Below, piece by piece: positions 38,491-48,193 of a stretch of DNA of 64,000 nucleotides (position 1 is its first letter; every line of letters starts with the position of its first letter). The position numbers and the translations under genes were made by a program. The stretch covers positions 64,001 to 128,000 of the forward strand of contig CAVYQE010000006.1 of assembly GCA_963770565.1 (NCBI GenBank), written 5' to 3'. Source of the DNA: an uncultured Actinomycetota bacterium (GTDB lineage: Bacteria > Actinomycetota > Actinomycetes > JAFAQI01). The notes below the pieces were generated by a model, which searched no databases, had not been told where the DNA came from, and saw only the letters and a program-made list of their open reading frames with translations.

Positions 38491-39510
38491 TCAACTGGTC
38501 GGCAGCGAGTGGAGGCCCGACACCAGGTCGGACCACTCTTCGGGTCGCTCTTCGATCGGGGCGGTGAAGCTGATCCGGTCGACCAGGCCGTCGTACCGGT
38601 CGTGGATCAGCCGCGGCAGATCCTTCATGTCACCGACGATCGCGAACGTGTCGAGCATGTCGTCGTCGATCAGCGCCGGCATCTCGGTCCAGGCGCCGCG
38701 CTTCGCGAGCGCGGCGAGCTCCGGCTGCAGATCGCCCCAGCCATGCAGCTCGAGGATCGGCTTGTACGTCGGGGTCGACGCGTAGAAGGCGAGCTTGTCG
38801 CGCACCCACGCGTCGGCGTTTGCGCGCTCCTCGTCGTTGGTCCCGGTGACGAGGAAGAGCGGCCGGCAGATGTCGATGTCGGCGCGGGTCCGGCCGGCCT
38901 TCGACAGGCCGAGCTCCAACGCCGGTACGGCGACCTCGCGCAGGTACTTCTCGGTGGTCAGCCCGTGCACGAAGACGCCGTCCGCAACCTCGCCCGCGGT
39001 CTCGGTCATCTTCGGCCCGACCGCGGCGATGAAGATCGGCGGCACTCCGTACTCGCTGACCGGCGGGGCGAAGAACGGCGTCATCAACGTGTGCGTGTAG
39101 AGCTCACCGCGGAAGTCCAGCGCGGTGCCGTCCTGCCAGCTCGCCCAGATCGCGCGGATCGCCAGCACGAGTTCGCGCATCCGCGCGACCGGCGGCTCGT
39201 ACGTCGCGCTGTAGCGGCGTTCGATGTGGGCGCGGACCTGCGAACCGAGGCCGAGGACGAACCGGCCCTTCGAATAGTGGTGCAGGTCGCGCGCGGTGTA
39301 GGCCAGGTGCATCGGGCTGCGCGGAAACGCGACCGCGATCGCGGTCCCGATCGTGATTCGCTCGGTCGCACCGGCGGCGAGAAGCAGCGGCAGGAACGGG
39401 TCATTCGCGGTTTCGGTGGCCCAGATCCCGTCGAACCCGACCTCTTCGGCCCGCCGACCGAAGTCGGCGGCGCCGTCGAGGCCGACGTTGAGAATGCTGT
39501 GAACCTTCAT
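38491..39510 (-). CDS. LLM-class, probably F420-dependent, oxidoreductase (TIGR03617-like)
   Basis: ETANDPFLPL; GTAIAVAFPRSPM; GRFVLGLGSQVRAHIERRY; HTLMTPFF; FYASTPTY. Confidence 0.85.
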   Translation of the reverse strand: MKVHSILNVGLDGAADFGRRAEEVGFDGIWATETANDPFLPLLLAAGATERITIGTAIAVAFPRSPMHLAYTARDLHHYSKGRFVLGLGSQVRAHIERRYSATYEPPVARMRELVLAIRAIWASWQDGTALDFRGELYTHTLMTPFFAPPVSEYGVPPIFIAAVGPKMTETAGEVADGVFVHGLTTEKYLREVAVPALELGLSKAGRTRADIDICRPLFLVTGTNDEERANADAWVRDKLAFYASTPTYKPILELHGWGDLQPELAALAKRGAWTEMPALIDDDMLDTFAIVGDMKDLPRLIHDRYDGLVDRISFTAPIEERPEEWSDLVSGLHSLPTS

Positions 39511-39534
39511 CAACGCCGCTGTCCCCTCCTGCGA

Positions 39535-39550
39535 ATACGGTATCCTGAAT
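39535..39550. promoter_or_regulatory. Operator site 2 (ATACGGTATCCTGAAT)
   Basis: About 25 bp upstream of the LLM gene start. Confidence 0.55.
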
Positions 39551-39600
39551 TTGCGGGCTTGTCCGCTGCCGTGGGAACTCTGGGCGGCGCGCCGCAGGCC

Positions 39601-39659
39601 CAACCCCACCAATGGGCCACGCGTGGGGCTATAGCCCCACCAATGGGCCATGCGGGTGG
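39601..39659. repeat. REP-like palindromic repeat, copy 1
   Basis: CAACCCCACCAATGGGCCACGCGTGGGGCTATAGCCCCACCAATGGGCCATGCGGGTGG; core palindrome GTGGGGCTATAGCCCCAC. Confidence 0.8.
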
Positions 39660-39677
39660 CTGAGGCCCGCCGAGCTC

Positions 39678-40412
39678 TTAGCGGCCGACGACGTACCCGC
39701 GGACCGAGTCGAGGTGGCGGGCCATCCGCCGCTCAGCGGTGTCGGGATCGCCGGCGATGACCGCCTCGCCGATCCGGGCATGCGCGTGGTGCACCTCGTT
39801 CGCGACCCGGTCGAGCGACTTGGCGCGCGGCGCCTGCTCGCCGAGCACCCGGCTGATCATCTGCACGAACAGGCTCATCGCCGGGTTGTCGGTCAGCTCC
39901 GCGATCAGCACGTGGAAGTCGTGGGACGGCAGGTCGCCCTTGGGCCGGCTCGAGCGGCGGGTTCGCTTGATCTGCTGGAGCTCGTTGTCGAGGAAGGCCT
40001 GCATCCGGGCCGCGCCTTCGGGGGTGATCCGCTCCGCAGCCAGCCGCACGCACGACAGCTCGAGCGCGTTGCGGGCCTCGATCACTTGACTGGGCTTGAT
40101 GTCCTCGAACCGAAGCTGCAACGACACCGCCCGCACGACCGCGCCGAGGTCGGGCTCGGTGACGACCAGCCCGCCGCCGGGCCCGCGGCGCATCTCGGCG
40201 ACGCCATGGTGGTCGACGATCCGCATCGCCTCGCGGAAGACCGCACGGCTGACGCCGTACCGTTCGATCAGGTCCGCCTCGGAGCCGAGCACTGTGCCGA
40301 CCTGCCGGTCGCCGGCGATGATCTCGTCCTCGATGTGCTGCGCGAGGATCTCGCCGAGCTTGCGGTAGTCGCCGTTCTTCCGCACCGGAAGATCGCGCTT
40401 GGCCGCTGGCAT
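39678..40412 (-). CDS. FadR/GntR-family transcriptional regulator
   Basis: LGSEADLIERYGVSRAVFREA..RRGPGGG; FCD domain FH..IAELTDNP..H..I..A...D...A..M..HL. Confidence 0.9.
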   Translation of the reverse strand: MPAAKRDLPVRKNGDYRKLGEILAQHIEDEIIAGDRQVGTVLGSEADLIERYGVSRAVFREAMRIVDHHGVAEMRRGPGGGLVVTEPDLGAVVRAVSLQLRFEDIKPSQVIEARNALELSCVRLAAERITPEGAARMQAFLDNELQQIKRTRRSSRPKGDLPSHDFHVLIAELTDNPAMSLFVQMISRVLGEQAPRAKSLDRVANEVHHAHARIGEAVIAGDPDTAERRMARHLDSVRGYVVGR

Positions 40413-40488
40413 GGTTAGCAATGTAGTGGTCGATCCCCGCCCCACGACGCTCCTTCGACTGATCGGTTCTCCGAGTGTCAAGCCACAG

Positions 40489-41709
40489 TCAAGCTGGTAC
40501 GCCGAGCCGCGGACCCGGCGTGAACGTGGCGCCAAGGGCAAAGCAGCCGTAGGTCACCCCGATGGTCTCCGCGCGTACGACCCGCGACCGGTCGACCTTG
40601 TAGTCCGGCAACCGTTCGAGCACCGCGCGCACGGCCGCAATGATCTCCTTGCGGGCGAGCGTCGAGCCCAGGCAGCGGTGCGCGCCGAGCCCGAACGTCA
40701 TGTGCCGGTTGGGGAATCGGTCGAGCTCGAGCCGGTCGGGATGGTCGAACATCTCCTCGTCCCGGTTGCCCGAGGCCCATACCAGCAACACGTGCTCGCC
40801 GGCCTTGACCAGCTGCCCGCCCACCTCGACGTCGCGGGTCGCCATCCGGGCGAGGGCGAATTGTGGTGCTTCGTAACGAAGGAACTCTTCGACCGCAACG
40901 GGGATCCGGCTGGGGTCCGCGATCAGCCGCTCGCGGGCGGCGCGGTCGTTGTCCAGCTGGAGTACGGCGCTGCTGATGGCTGAGCCGGTCGTGTCGAAGC
41001 CGCCCTGGATGGTGAGGGTCACCATCTCGAGCACCTCGATGTCGTCGAGCGGACGACCGTCGATGGTGGCCTTGGTGAGGTAGGTGATCATGTCGTCGCG
41101 CGGGTTGGCCTGCCGGTCGGCCACCTGCTCGGCGAGGTACTTGCGGATCCAGAGCAGCCGTTCGGTGTTGTTGGCGCGCAACGGGTTGTCCTGGCGAAGG
41201 AAGACGGTTGAGTGCAGCGGTTCGGAGAAGTCCCGCCAGAGCTCGGTCGGCAGGCCGAGCATGTGCAGAGTAGTCAGCGCCGGCAGCGGGTCGGCGAGGT
41301 CGTGCACGATGTCGCAGCTGCCCGACTCGATGAACTCGTCAATGCACTGGTTCGCGAACTTCTCGATCGCCGGCTCGAGCTTCGCGATCGCGGGCGGGGT
41401 GAAAAGCGGGTGCATGATCTTGCGGTACTTCTGGAACATCGGCGGGTCGGTCTCGATCGGGATCGAGCGCTGACCGACGTTCTTCTTCGCCGGGATCGTG
41501 ATCGAGTTCGCGGACGAGAAGGTGATGTCGTCGAGCGCGATCTTGCGGATGTCGTCGTACTTGGTGACGACCCAGAACCCGCCGTACGCGCCGGTGTGTG
41601 CGACCGGGCAGCGCGCACGCAGGTCGGCGAGCACCGGCCACGGGTCGGCTGCGAACTCCGGCGAGTGGTGGTCGAAGTCGACCGTCGGGACCTCGTCGGT
41701 GACCGTCAT
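40489..41709 (-). CDS. Cytochrome P450
   Basis: I-helix GGFDTT; EEFLR; heme motif HMTFGLGAHRCLG. Confidence 0.95.
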   Translation of the reverse strand: MTVTDEVPTVDFDHHSPEFAADPWPVLADLRARCPVAHTGAYGGFWVVTKYDDIRKIALDDITFSSANSITIPAKKNVGQRSIPIETDPPMFQKYRKIMHPLFTPPAIAKLEPAIEKFANQCIDEFIESGSCDIVHDLADPLPALTTLHMLGLPTELWRDFSEPLHSTVFLRQDNPLRANNTERLLWIRKYLAEQVADRQANPRDDMITYLTKATIDGRPLDDIEVLEMVTLTIQGGFDTTGSAISSAVLQLDNDRAARERLIADPSRIPVAVEEFLRYEAPQFALARMATRDVEVGGQLVKAGEHVLLVWASGNRDEEMFDHPDRLELDRFPNRHMTFGLGAHRCLGSTLARKEIIAAVRAVLERLPDYKVDRSRVVRAETIGVTYGCFALGATFTPGPRLGVPA

Positions 41710-42857
41710 GTAGTCGATGTGAGCCCGAGGCTGGCCGGGTCCGGGCGCTGTGTCCAGCGGAAGAGCTTCTCCGCGTTGCCGTGCGTCATCAGCGCGACCT
41801 CGTCGTCCGGCACGCCCTTCAAGGCCCCCTCGACGTCGCGCTGCGAGTGCGGCCACGGGGTGTCGGCGTGCGGGTAGTCGCACTCCCACATGATCTTGTC
41901 GATCCCGATGTGGTGGCGCGCCTCGACGCCCATCCGCTCGTCGATGAAGCAGACCCAGATGTTGCGGGCGAACACCTCCGACGGTGGCGTCTCCGACAGC
42001 CCGCTCCAGAAGCGGTGCCGCTCCCACGCCCGGTCGGCGCGCTCGAGGACGAACGGCACCCAGCCGATCCCGCCCTCCGACAGCGCGAACTTGATCTTCG
42101 GGTAGCGCTGCGGGATCTCGCTCATGATCAGGTCGGTGCAGGTGCTCTGCGCGGCGGTCGTGGCGAGCGCGATGCCGATCGTGAAGTTGGCGTCCGGCGA
42201 CGGCATCGGTACGACGCCGCTGGTGCCGATGTGCATGCAGATCACGGTCTCGGTCTCTTCGCAGGCCTGCCAGACCGGGTCCCAGTGCCGGGTGTGGAAC
42301 GACGGCTCACCGAGCAGGTGGGTGTTCTCCGGGAACGTCACCGCGCGGGCGCCGAGGGCGGCGCAGCGACGAATCTCCTCGGCCATCTGCGGCGGGTCCC
42401 AGAGCATCCCGATGACCATCGGGATGTACATGCCGGGCACGGAGGCGCTCCACTCGTCGAGCATGAAGTCGTTGTAGGCCTTCACGCACAGGCTTGCGAG
42501 GTCCTTGTTCTTGGCCCGCAGGAACGTCACGCCGGCGAAGCGCGGGAAGGTCGGGAAGCACACGCTGCCGCGGATCCCGTCACTCAGCAGATCCTTCGCC
42601 CGCTGCACCGGGTCATAGCAGCCCAGGATCATGTCGGTGTAGCGGACCGGGTCCATCGACCAGTCCTCGGGGTTCTTGCCGGCCACGGCGTTGAGGCCCA
42701 TCGTCTCGCCGCGGTTGCCCTCGTAGAGCCAGAACTGCCGGCCGTCGGCCTCGATGACGTGCGGGCCGTCCTCCTGGTATTTCTCCGGCAGCCGCGAGCT
42801 CCACACATCCGGCGGCTCGATCACATGGTCGTCGACGCTGATCAGGTCATATGCCAT
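41706..42857 (-). CDS. Amidohydrolase-family protein (Amidohydro_2), divergent member
   Basis: ISVDDHVIEPP; AYND; MHIG; SEGGIGW; WECDYPH. Confidence 0.88.
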   Translation of the reverse strand: MAYDLISVDDHVIEPPDVWSSRLPEKYQEDGPHVIEADGRQFWLYEGNRGETMGLNAVAGKNPEDWSMDPVRYTDMILGCYDPVQRAKDLLSDGIRGSVCFPTFPRFAGVTFLRAKNKDLASLCVKAYNDFMLDEWSASVPGMYIPMVIGMLWDPPQMAEEIRRCAALGARAVTFPENTHLLGEPSFHTRHWDPVWQACEETETVICMHIGTSGVVPMPSPDANFTIGIALATTAAQSTCTDLIMSEIPQRYPKIKFALSEGGIGWVPFVLERADRAWERHRFWSGLSETPPSEVFARNIWVCFIDERMGVEARHHIGIDKIMWECDYPHADTPWPHSQRDVEGALKGVPDDEVALMTHGNAEKLFRWTQRPDPASLGLTSTT

Positions 42858-42893
42858 GGCCGATTCCTCTCGATCACCGCTCGGTCCGCTGCG

Positions 42894-42909
42894 ATATAGC
42901 ATACTGAAT
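42894..42909. promoter_or_regulatory. Operator site 3 (ATATAGCATACTGAAT)
   Basis: Between the divergent amidohydrolase and ferredoxin genes. Confidence 0.55.
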
Positions 42910-42969
42910 TATTTCGACGGGGCCTAACCCCTGCCCCATTCTGGCCGAGCATGTGAGAAGTTGGTGCCG

Positions 42970-43167
42970 ATGCGAGCTCTGGTCGATACCAAGATCTGCC
43001 AGGGGCACAGCCTGTGCACCTGGGCGGCCCCTGAGGTCTTCCAGCCCGATCCCGACGACGGGCACGCGGTCGTGCAGCTCGACGTCATCCCGCCCGAGTT
43101 CGAGCAGTCCGTGCGCGACGCCGCGGCGAACTGCCCGGAGTCGGCGATCGAGGTCCTCGAGGACTGA
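42970..43167 (+). CDS. Ferredoxin (3Fe-4S type, P450-associated)
   Basis: CQGHSLC..APEVF..CPESAI. Confidence 0.9.
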   Translation: MRALVDTKICQGHSLCTWAAPEVFQPDPDDGHAVVQLDVIPPEFEQSVRDAAANCPESAIEVLED

Positions 43168-43175
43168 CCGCCGGG

Positions 43176-43646
43176 TCAGCGGGTGAGCTTGACGATCGTG
43201 TCGAGCTCGACGCTGGCCCCGCCCGGCAACGCGGACACGCCCACAGCTGACCGGGCCGGCACCAGGTCGGCGCCGAAGATCTGCTGAAGCAGCTCGGACG
43301 CGCCGTCCATGACCGCCGGTGACTTGTCGAAGTCGTGGGTGGCGCGGACGTAGCCGGTCATCTTGACCACTCGCTCGATCCGGTCGAGGCTGCCGAGCGC
43401 GCCGCGCAGGTTGCCGAGCGTGCTGATCAGGGCGCCCGCGGCGGAGGCCTTGCCGTCCTCGATCGAGAGGTCCTCGCCGAGCCGGCCGACGTACGCGAGC
43501 TTCAACGGCGGGCCTTCGACCGCGACCGTGCCGGAGGTGAATGCCCACAGGCCGTCGATCACCACCGAGGTGTAGAGGCCGCCGGCCGGGAGCGGCTCCC
43601 GGAGCGTGAGGCCGAGCTCGGCGACGCGTGCTTCCCAGTTGCCCAT
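43176..43646 (-). CDS. RidA / YjgF-family protein
   Basis: VVKMTGYV; GASELL..FG; ARSAVGVSALPGGASVE. Confidence 0.85.
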   Translation of the reverse strand: MGNWEARVAELGLTLREPLPAGGLYTSVVIDGLWAFTSGTVAVEGPPLKLAYVGRLGEDLSIEDGKASAAGALISTLGNLRGALGSLDRIERVVKMTGYVRATHDFDKSPAVMDGASELLQQIFGADLVPARSAVGVSALPGGASVELDTIVKLTR

Positions 43647-43672
43647 CTCGCATCCACCCCTCGTGTGGTCCT

Positions 43673-43688
43673 ATTCAGTATACTAGAT
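43673..43688. promoter_or_regulatory. Operator site 4 (ATTCAGTATACTAGAT)
   Basis: Between the divergent RidA and amidohydrolase genes. Confidence 0.7.
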
Positions 43689-43736
43689 TCGCGCAGGAGA
43701 CCGACCGGATCGCAACCGACCGCGGAGGATTCGATC

Positions 43737-44885
43737 ATGCGCGACGGCTACCGGATCATCGACACCGACACCCACGTCGGGCCGAACGTCGAGACCCTCG
43801 AGGTGTACGCCGGACCGGTGCTTACCGCCCGCTGGGGTGAGCTCGCGCCGTACTACCAGCAGGTCTCCGAGGGCCACCATCTGAGCATCAACCCGGCGCC
43901 GTTCAAGCGGCCGCTCAACACGTCGCTGTCCGGCGGTGAGGTCGTCGCTGGCGGCAAGATCCCGTTGCGCGGCAAGACGTCGATGAACTTCACCGAGCCG
44001 CCGTCGCCGGAGGTCAACAACCTCAACGCGACCGGCCGGCTCGCGGACATGGACCACGAGGGCGTGGACGTACACGTCATCATCCCGGCAACGTTCGCGA
44101 ACGCCGCGACGGTGCTCGACAACGAGATGGCGACCGAGCTGTACGACGCCTACCACCGCTATCTCGATGAGTACTGCTCGACCGCGCCGGACCGGTTGAA
44201 GGGGTGCCTGCTGGTCGCCGGCGCCGACGTGGAGTGGTCGCTGCGGGCGTTGAAGGCGTACGCCGACCGGCCGTGGGCGGCGGCGGTGATCGTGATCCTG
44301 CCCGAGGACCTGCCGATCGACGATCCGGGGTTGCGGCCGATCCTCGCGGCGATGAACGACGCCGACCTGCCGATCATGCATCACTCCTTCTTCTATGAGC
44401 CGCCGTACTTCCCCGGCTACCGCGACGTCTGGGGAAACCTCGCGATCGCCCGGGCCGCTGCGCATCCGTGGGGGGCGCAGCGACTGCTCGCGTACGTGCT
44501 GCTGTCGGGAATGATGGACGAGTTCCCGAGCCTGCGGATCGGCTTCGCCGAGTGCAGCGGCGGCTGGGTGTCGGGATGGCTCAACCGGCTGCAGTATCAG
44601 CAGGCGTACCTGTCGTCGACGCTGCCGGAGACGAAGCGGACTCCGATCGAGTACGCCCTCGACGGCCGGGTCTTCTGCGGGGTCGAGCTTGACGAGGGCC
44701 CGGCGATCGTGCGCAGCGTGATGGAGATCGCCGGCGACGGCGTACTGATGTATTCGTCGGACTACCCGCACGGCGGATGCCGCTACCCGGCGTCGCCCGA
44801 TGTCGTACTCGGCTGGAAAGAGCTCGGCGAGCCGGTGTTGCGCAAGCTGTTCCACGAGAACGCCGAGCGCTACCTGCGGATGTAG
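43737..44885 (+). CDS. Amidohydrolase-family protein, paralogue A
   Basis: IIDTDTHVGP; HHSFFYEPPYFPGY; AAAHPWGA; FAEC; SSDYPH. Confidence 0.88.
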   Translation: MRDGYRIIDTDTHVGPNVETLEVYAGPVLTARWGELAPYYQQVSEGHHLSINPAPFKRPLNTSLSGGEVVAGGKIPLRGKTSMNFTEPPSPEVNNLNATGRLADMDHEGVDVHVIIPATFANAATVLDNEMATELYDAYHRYLDEYCSTAPDRLKGCLLVAGADVEWSLRALKAYADRPWAAAVIVILPEDLPIDDPGLRPILAAMNDADLPIMHHSFFYEPPYFPGYRDVWGNLAIARAAAHPWGAQRLLAYVLLSGMMDEFPSLRIGFAECSGGWVSGWLNRLQYQQAYLSSTLPETKRTPIEYALDGRVFCGVELDEGPAIVRSVMEIAGDGVLMYSSDYPHGGCRYPASPDVVLGWKELGEPVLRKLFHENAERYLRM

Positions 44886-44895
44886 CTCGCTCGCG

Positions 44896-44954
44896 CAACC
44901 CCACGCATGGCCCATGCGTGGGGCTATAGCCCCACCGATGGGCCATGCGGGTGG
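44896..44954. repeat. REP-like palindromic repeat, copy 2
   Basis: Near-identical to copy 1; fills most of the gap between convergent genes. Confidence 0.8.
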
Positions 44955-45860
44955 TCAGCCGATTAGCAGGACGAGTTTGCCGCGCGCGCGACCGCCCTCG
45001 CTGACGCGGTGCGCCTCCGCGATCTCGGCGAGCGGGAAGGTCTGCGCGACCGGGAGCGAGAAGCGCCCGGACTCGATCAGCTCACCGATCCCGGCGAGCG
45101 CGTGGACCGCACGGCCGGCGTCGCCGCTGCTGAACCTCACCCCGTGCTCCTGCGCTCCCGCGAAGTCGGCGATTGTGACGACGTGCTCCGGACCGCCCGC
45201 CAGCTCGATCAGCTCGGGCAGGACGCCACTCCCGGCGACGTCCAGCGCGGCGTCGACGCCGTGCGGTGCGAGCGCGCGAACTCGTTCGACGAGGCCATCG
45301 CCGTACGAGACGGGCTCAGCCCCTAGCGATCGCAGGTAACTGTGGTTCGCCGGACTTGCCGTGCCGATCACGTGCGCACCCCGCACCACGGCGAGCTGAA
45401 CGGCGGCGCTGCCGACACTTCCGGAGGCGCCGTTGATGAGCACCGCGGTGCCGGGCCCGACGCCGATCTGGTCGAGCGCGCGCGTGGCCGTTTCAATGGC
45501 GGCCGGTAGCGCGGCTGCGCCGGCAAAGTCGAGCGACGGCGGGATCGCCGCGTAATAGGACAGCACCGCGAGCTCCGCCTGGGTCGCCCCGTCGGCAGAG
45601 AGGCCGAACACGCAATCGCCGAGCGCTACGTCCACCACGCCGTCGCCGATCTCGTCGACGACGCCCGCCGCTTCGTAGCCCAACGTCTGCGGGAGCTCCG
45701 GATCCATCTCGCCTCTGCGCTTCCCGCAGTCGCTGGGGTTGATGCCGGCCGCCCGCACGGCAATCCGGACCTGCCCGGGCCCGGCGTGCGGGTCGGGAAG
45801 ATCCACGATCTCGAGGACCTCCGGGCCCCCGAACCGGCTGAAGCGGGCTGCCTTCATCAT
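44955..45860 (-). CDS. NADP-dependent MDR-family (quinone) oxidoreductase
   Basis: FGGPEVLE; AAGINP.D; GASGSVG; GKLVL. Confidence 0.88.
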   Translation of the reverse strand: MMKAARFSRFGGPEVLEIVDLPDPHAGPGQVRIAVRAAGINPSDCGKRRGEMDPELPQTLGYEAAGVVDEIGDGVVDVALGDCVFGLSADGATQAELAVLSYYAAIPPSLDFAGAAALPAAIETATRALDQIGVGPGTAVLINGASGSVGSAAVQLAVVRGAHVIGTASPANHSYLRSLGAEPVSYGDGLVERVRALAPHGVDAALDVAGSGVLPELIELAGGPEHVVTIADFAGAQEHGVRFSSGDAGRAVHALAGIGELIESGRFSLPVAQTFPLAEIAEAHRVSEGGRARGKLVLLIG

Positions 45861-45872
45861 TCGCTCCGCTCG

Positions 45873-47501
45873 TCAGTCGTAGTGGCGCAGCTCGGGCCAG
45901 GTCTGGCCCCACGGCTTGCGCAGGCCGGTGCACAGATACACATGCCCGCCCCACTCCTCGTTGTGGATCCCGTACGGGTTGCGCAACGTCGCGACCACTC
46001 GTACGTCGGTGAAGAACCCCCGCAGGTAGCCGGCGTACCCGGTTGTGTCGACCGGGCCGGGAGCGACCGCGAGGACCGTGGTGGCGTTCGGGTTGCCGGG
46101 TCCCCACCACCACTCGTTGTTGTGCGCACTCACCGCGATCGGCAGTCCGTCGCCGCGGCCGAGCTCGTTGATCGCACCGGCCTCGCCGTACTCGGCGGTG
46201 AAGATCACCGCGTTGGCGCGGGTCGCCGGCGGGAGTGCGTCCCACTGGGTCTTGACGGTCTGAATGAACTGCGGCCAGCCGAGCGACTCGCCGGGCACCT
46301 GGTTGATGCCGTACGTCCAGCCGATGTCGCTCGGCGGCAGTACCGGCAGCACGAGCGGCAGGCTGACCAGCGTCGTGATCGCGGTCAAGCCGTAGAGCTT
46401 CCGCAGCCGGCCCGGGTTCTCGTCGAAGGAGGCGTCGATCGCGACGGCGCCCGCTGCGATCAGGTAGATGTAGGCGCCGGCGAGGTAGTAGATCTTGCCC
46501 CCGGTGGTGACGGCGAAGAAGGCGAAGAGCAGCCCGTAAGCCCAGGCGAGCGATCGCCACAGCGGCCGGTCCGAGTGCCACAGCCACTGCAACCCTTTGA
46601 TCCAGACCCAGATGAACGCCAGCGTGGTCATCAGCAACTGCCCGAACACCCAGTTGCCGATGTTGCCCGCGCCGCCGTTCTCCTGGTTGAGATGGCGGGT
46701 CATTTCGACGGTCGCCCAGTCGTGCCCGGCCTGCCAGACCAGGTCCGGTACGGCGAACAGAGCCGCGATGAGCGCGCCGCCGAGGAACCACCAGTTGAGG
46801 ACCTGACGCCGACCGCCGCTGAGGAGCGCGCCGACCAGCATCGCGATGGCGAGGAAGACCACGCTGTGCTTGTTGGTCAGGCCGAGCCCGAGCACGGGGC
46901 CGCCGAGCAGCCACCAGCGCGGATCGCCGGTCCGTCCGACTCGCAGCACGACCAGCCCGAGCCCCGACCAGGCAAGCAGGTCGAACGCGGTCGGCCCTTC
47001 GAGGTGGTCGACCGCGAGCAGCACCGGCGTGGTCGCGGTGCCAACCGCGGTCAGCAGCTGCGCGCGGCGCCCGCCACCGAGCTCGCGGGCGGTCAGGCCG
47101 GCGATCGTGATGGTCGCGAACGCGGCGAGCGCCGGCCAGAGCCGCAGCCCAGGCAGCGAGACGCCGAAGAGGTCGATCGTGAGCCGCGCGAGCAGCGGCG
47201 TGAACGCCGGCTGGTCGACGTACCCGCCTTGAAGGTGTCGGCCGGCGTCGAGGAAGTAGAGCTCGTCGCGGTGCCAGCCGTACCACGGCGAGAGGATCAT
47301 CAAGACGGCGAACACGGCCCCCGCGACCACGAGGACCCGCCGGTCGAAGCGGGGAAGCACGGTGAGGTCGGCGGGTTCGTCGGATCGGCTCGGGCGCCCG
47401 GGGGATTCGTCGCCGGACTCGCGGCGGAGCAGCCGTCGTACGCCGAGTCCGCCCGCCACGGTCAGCCCTTCGCGTGAGTACCCGTTGAGTCCCGGCCTCA
47501 C
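45873..47501 (-). CDS. Glycosyltransferase family 39 (ArnT-like) membrane protein; true start may be ~47459
   Basis: YGWHRDELYF; GYVDQP; many TM segments; ESLGWP; YGEAGA; SAHNN.WWWG. Confidence 0.82.
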   Translation of the reverse strand: MRPGLNGYSREGLTVAGGLGVRRLLRRESGDESPGRPSRSDEPADLTVLPRFDRRVLVVAGAVFAVLMILSPWYGWHRDELYFLDAGRHLQGGYVDQPAFTPLLARLTIDLFGVSLPGLRLWPALAAFATITIAGLTARELGGGRRAQLLTAVGTATTPVLLAVDHLEGPTAFDLLAWSGLGLVVLRVGRTGDPRWWLLGGPVLGLGLTNKHSVVFLAIAMLVGALLSGGRRQVLNWWFLGGALIAALFAVPDLVWQAGHDWATVEMTRHLNQENGGAGNIGNWVFGQLLMTTLAFIWVWIKGLQWLWHSDRPLWRSLAWAYGLLFAFFAVTTGGKIYYLAGAYIYLIAAGAVAIDASFDENPGRLRKLYGLTAITTLVSLPLVLPVLPPSDIGWTYGINQVPGESLGWPQFIQTVKTQWDALPPATRANAVIFTAEYGEAGAINELGRGDGLPIAVSAHNNEWWWGPGNPNATTVLAVAPGPVDTTGYAGYLRGFFTDVRVVATLRNPYGIHNEEWGGHVYLCTGLRKPWGQTWPELRHYD

Positions 47502-47645
47502 CGAAGCACAAAGCCGGGGCCCGCGCGACCCGCTCGCGGTTGGCCGGTCACGCTTGGGGGCGCTACAACCGTGACTCCGTGCACCGCCACGGCTCGGCGA
47601 GCTGCACTACCAGTTCACCCGCTGACGCTCGGCGCCCGCTGGCCC

Positions 47646-47703
47646 CAACCCCACCAATGGCCCATGCGTGGGGCGATAGCCCCACCAATGGGCCATACGT
47701 GGG
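47646..47703. repeat. REP-like palindromic repeat, copy 3
   Basis: CAACCCCACCAATGGCCCATGCGTGGGGCGATAGCCCCACCAATGGGCCATACGTGGG. Confidence 0.8.
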
Positions 47704-47704
47704 C

Positions 47705-48148
47705 CTATTCGGCGATGAGTTCGGCGAACTTATCTGCGGCGGCTTGGGCGACCTTGGCGTCGTCGGAGTAGTGGCCACCGCTGACGCCGACCGCGCCGAC
47801 CGACTTGCCGTTCACCGTCAAGGCGACCCCGCCGGGCACGAGGAAGGTGTCGGGGTTGGCGCTCATCGCCCGCCACAGCACCTCGTCGTCCTTCAGCCGC
47901 TTCTCGATGAACTCCTCGGTCGAGCGGCCGAAGCCGGCTGCGGCGTGGGCCTTGCCGTGCCCGCCCTTCCAGGCTCGCGGGTTCGCGCCGTCCATGCGCG
48001 CGGCCGTCACGATGTCGCCGTTGGCGTCGGTGACCACGATCCCGACGTTGATGCCGAGCTCGCGGGCCTTGTCGAGCCCGGCGGCCATCGCCTGCGCGGC
48101 GGCTTCGTAACTCACGTGCTGCACGGTTCGAACAGCTGGGTTGTCCAC
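47705..48148 (-). CDS. GlcG/HbpS-family heme-binding protein
   Basis: VVTDANG..RMDGA..KA; GGV.L..NG..VGAVGVSGG..DD. Confidence 0.85.
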   Translation of the reverse strand: MDNPAVRTVQHVSYEAAAQAMAAGLDKARELGINVGIVVTDANGDIVTAARMDGANPRAWKGGHGKAHAAAGFGRSTEEFIEKRLKDDEVLWRAMSANPDTFLVPGGVALTVNGKSVGAVGVSGGHYSDDAKVAQAAADKFAELIAE

Positions 48149-48193
48149 GTCAACTCCTGATCTCGAGCGGTCTGGCCGGCCTGGGGCGGGCGA

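Noticed and set aside
39601-47703. CRISPR array
   Set aside because: Three dispersed copies kilobases apart, no repeat-spacer periodicity and no cas genes
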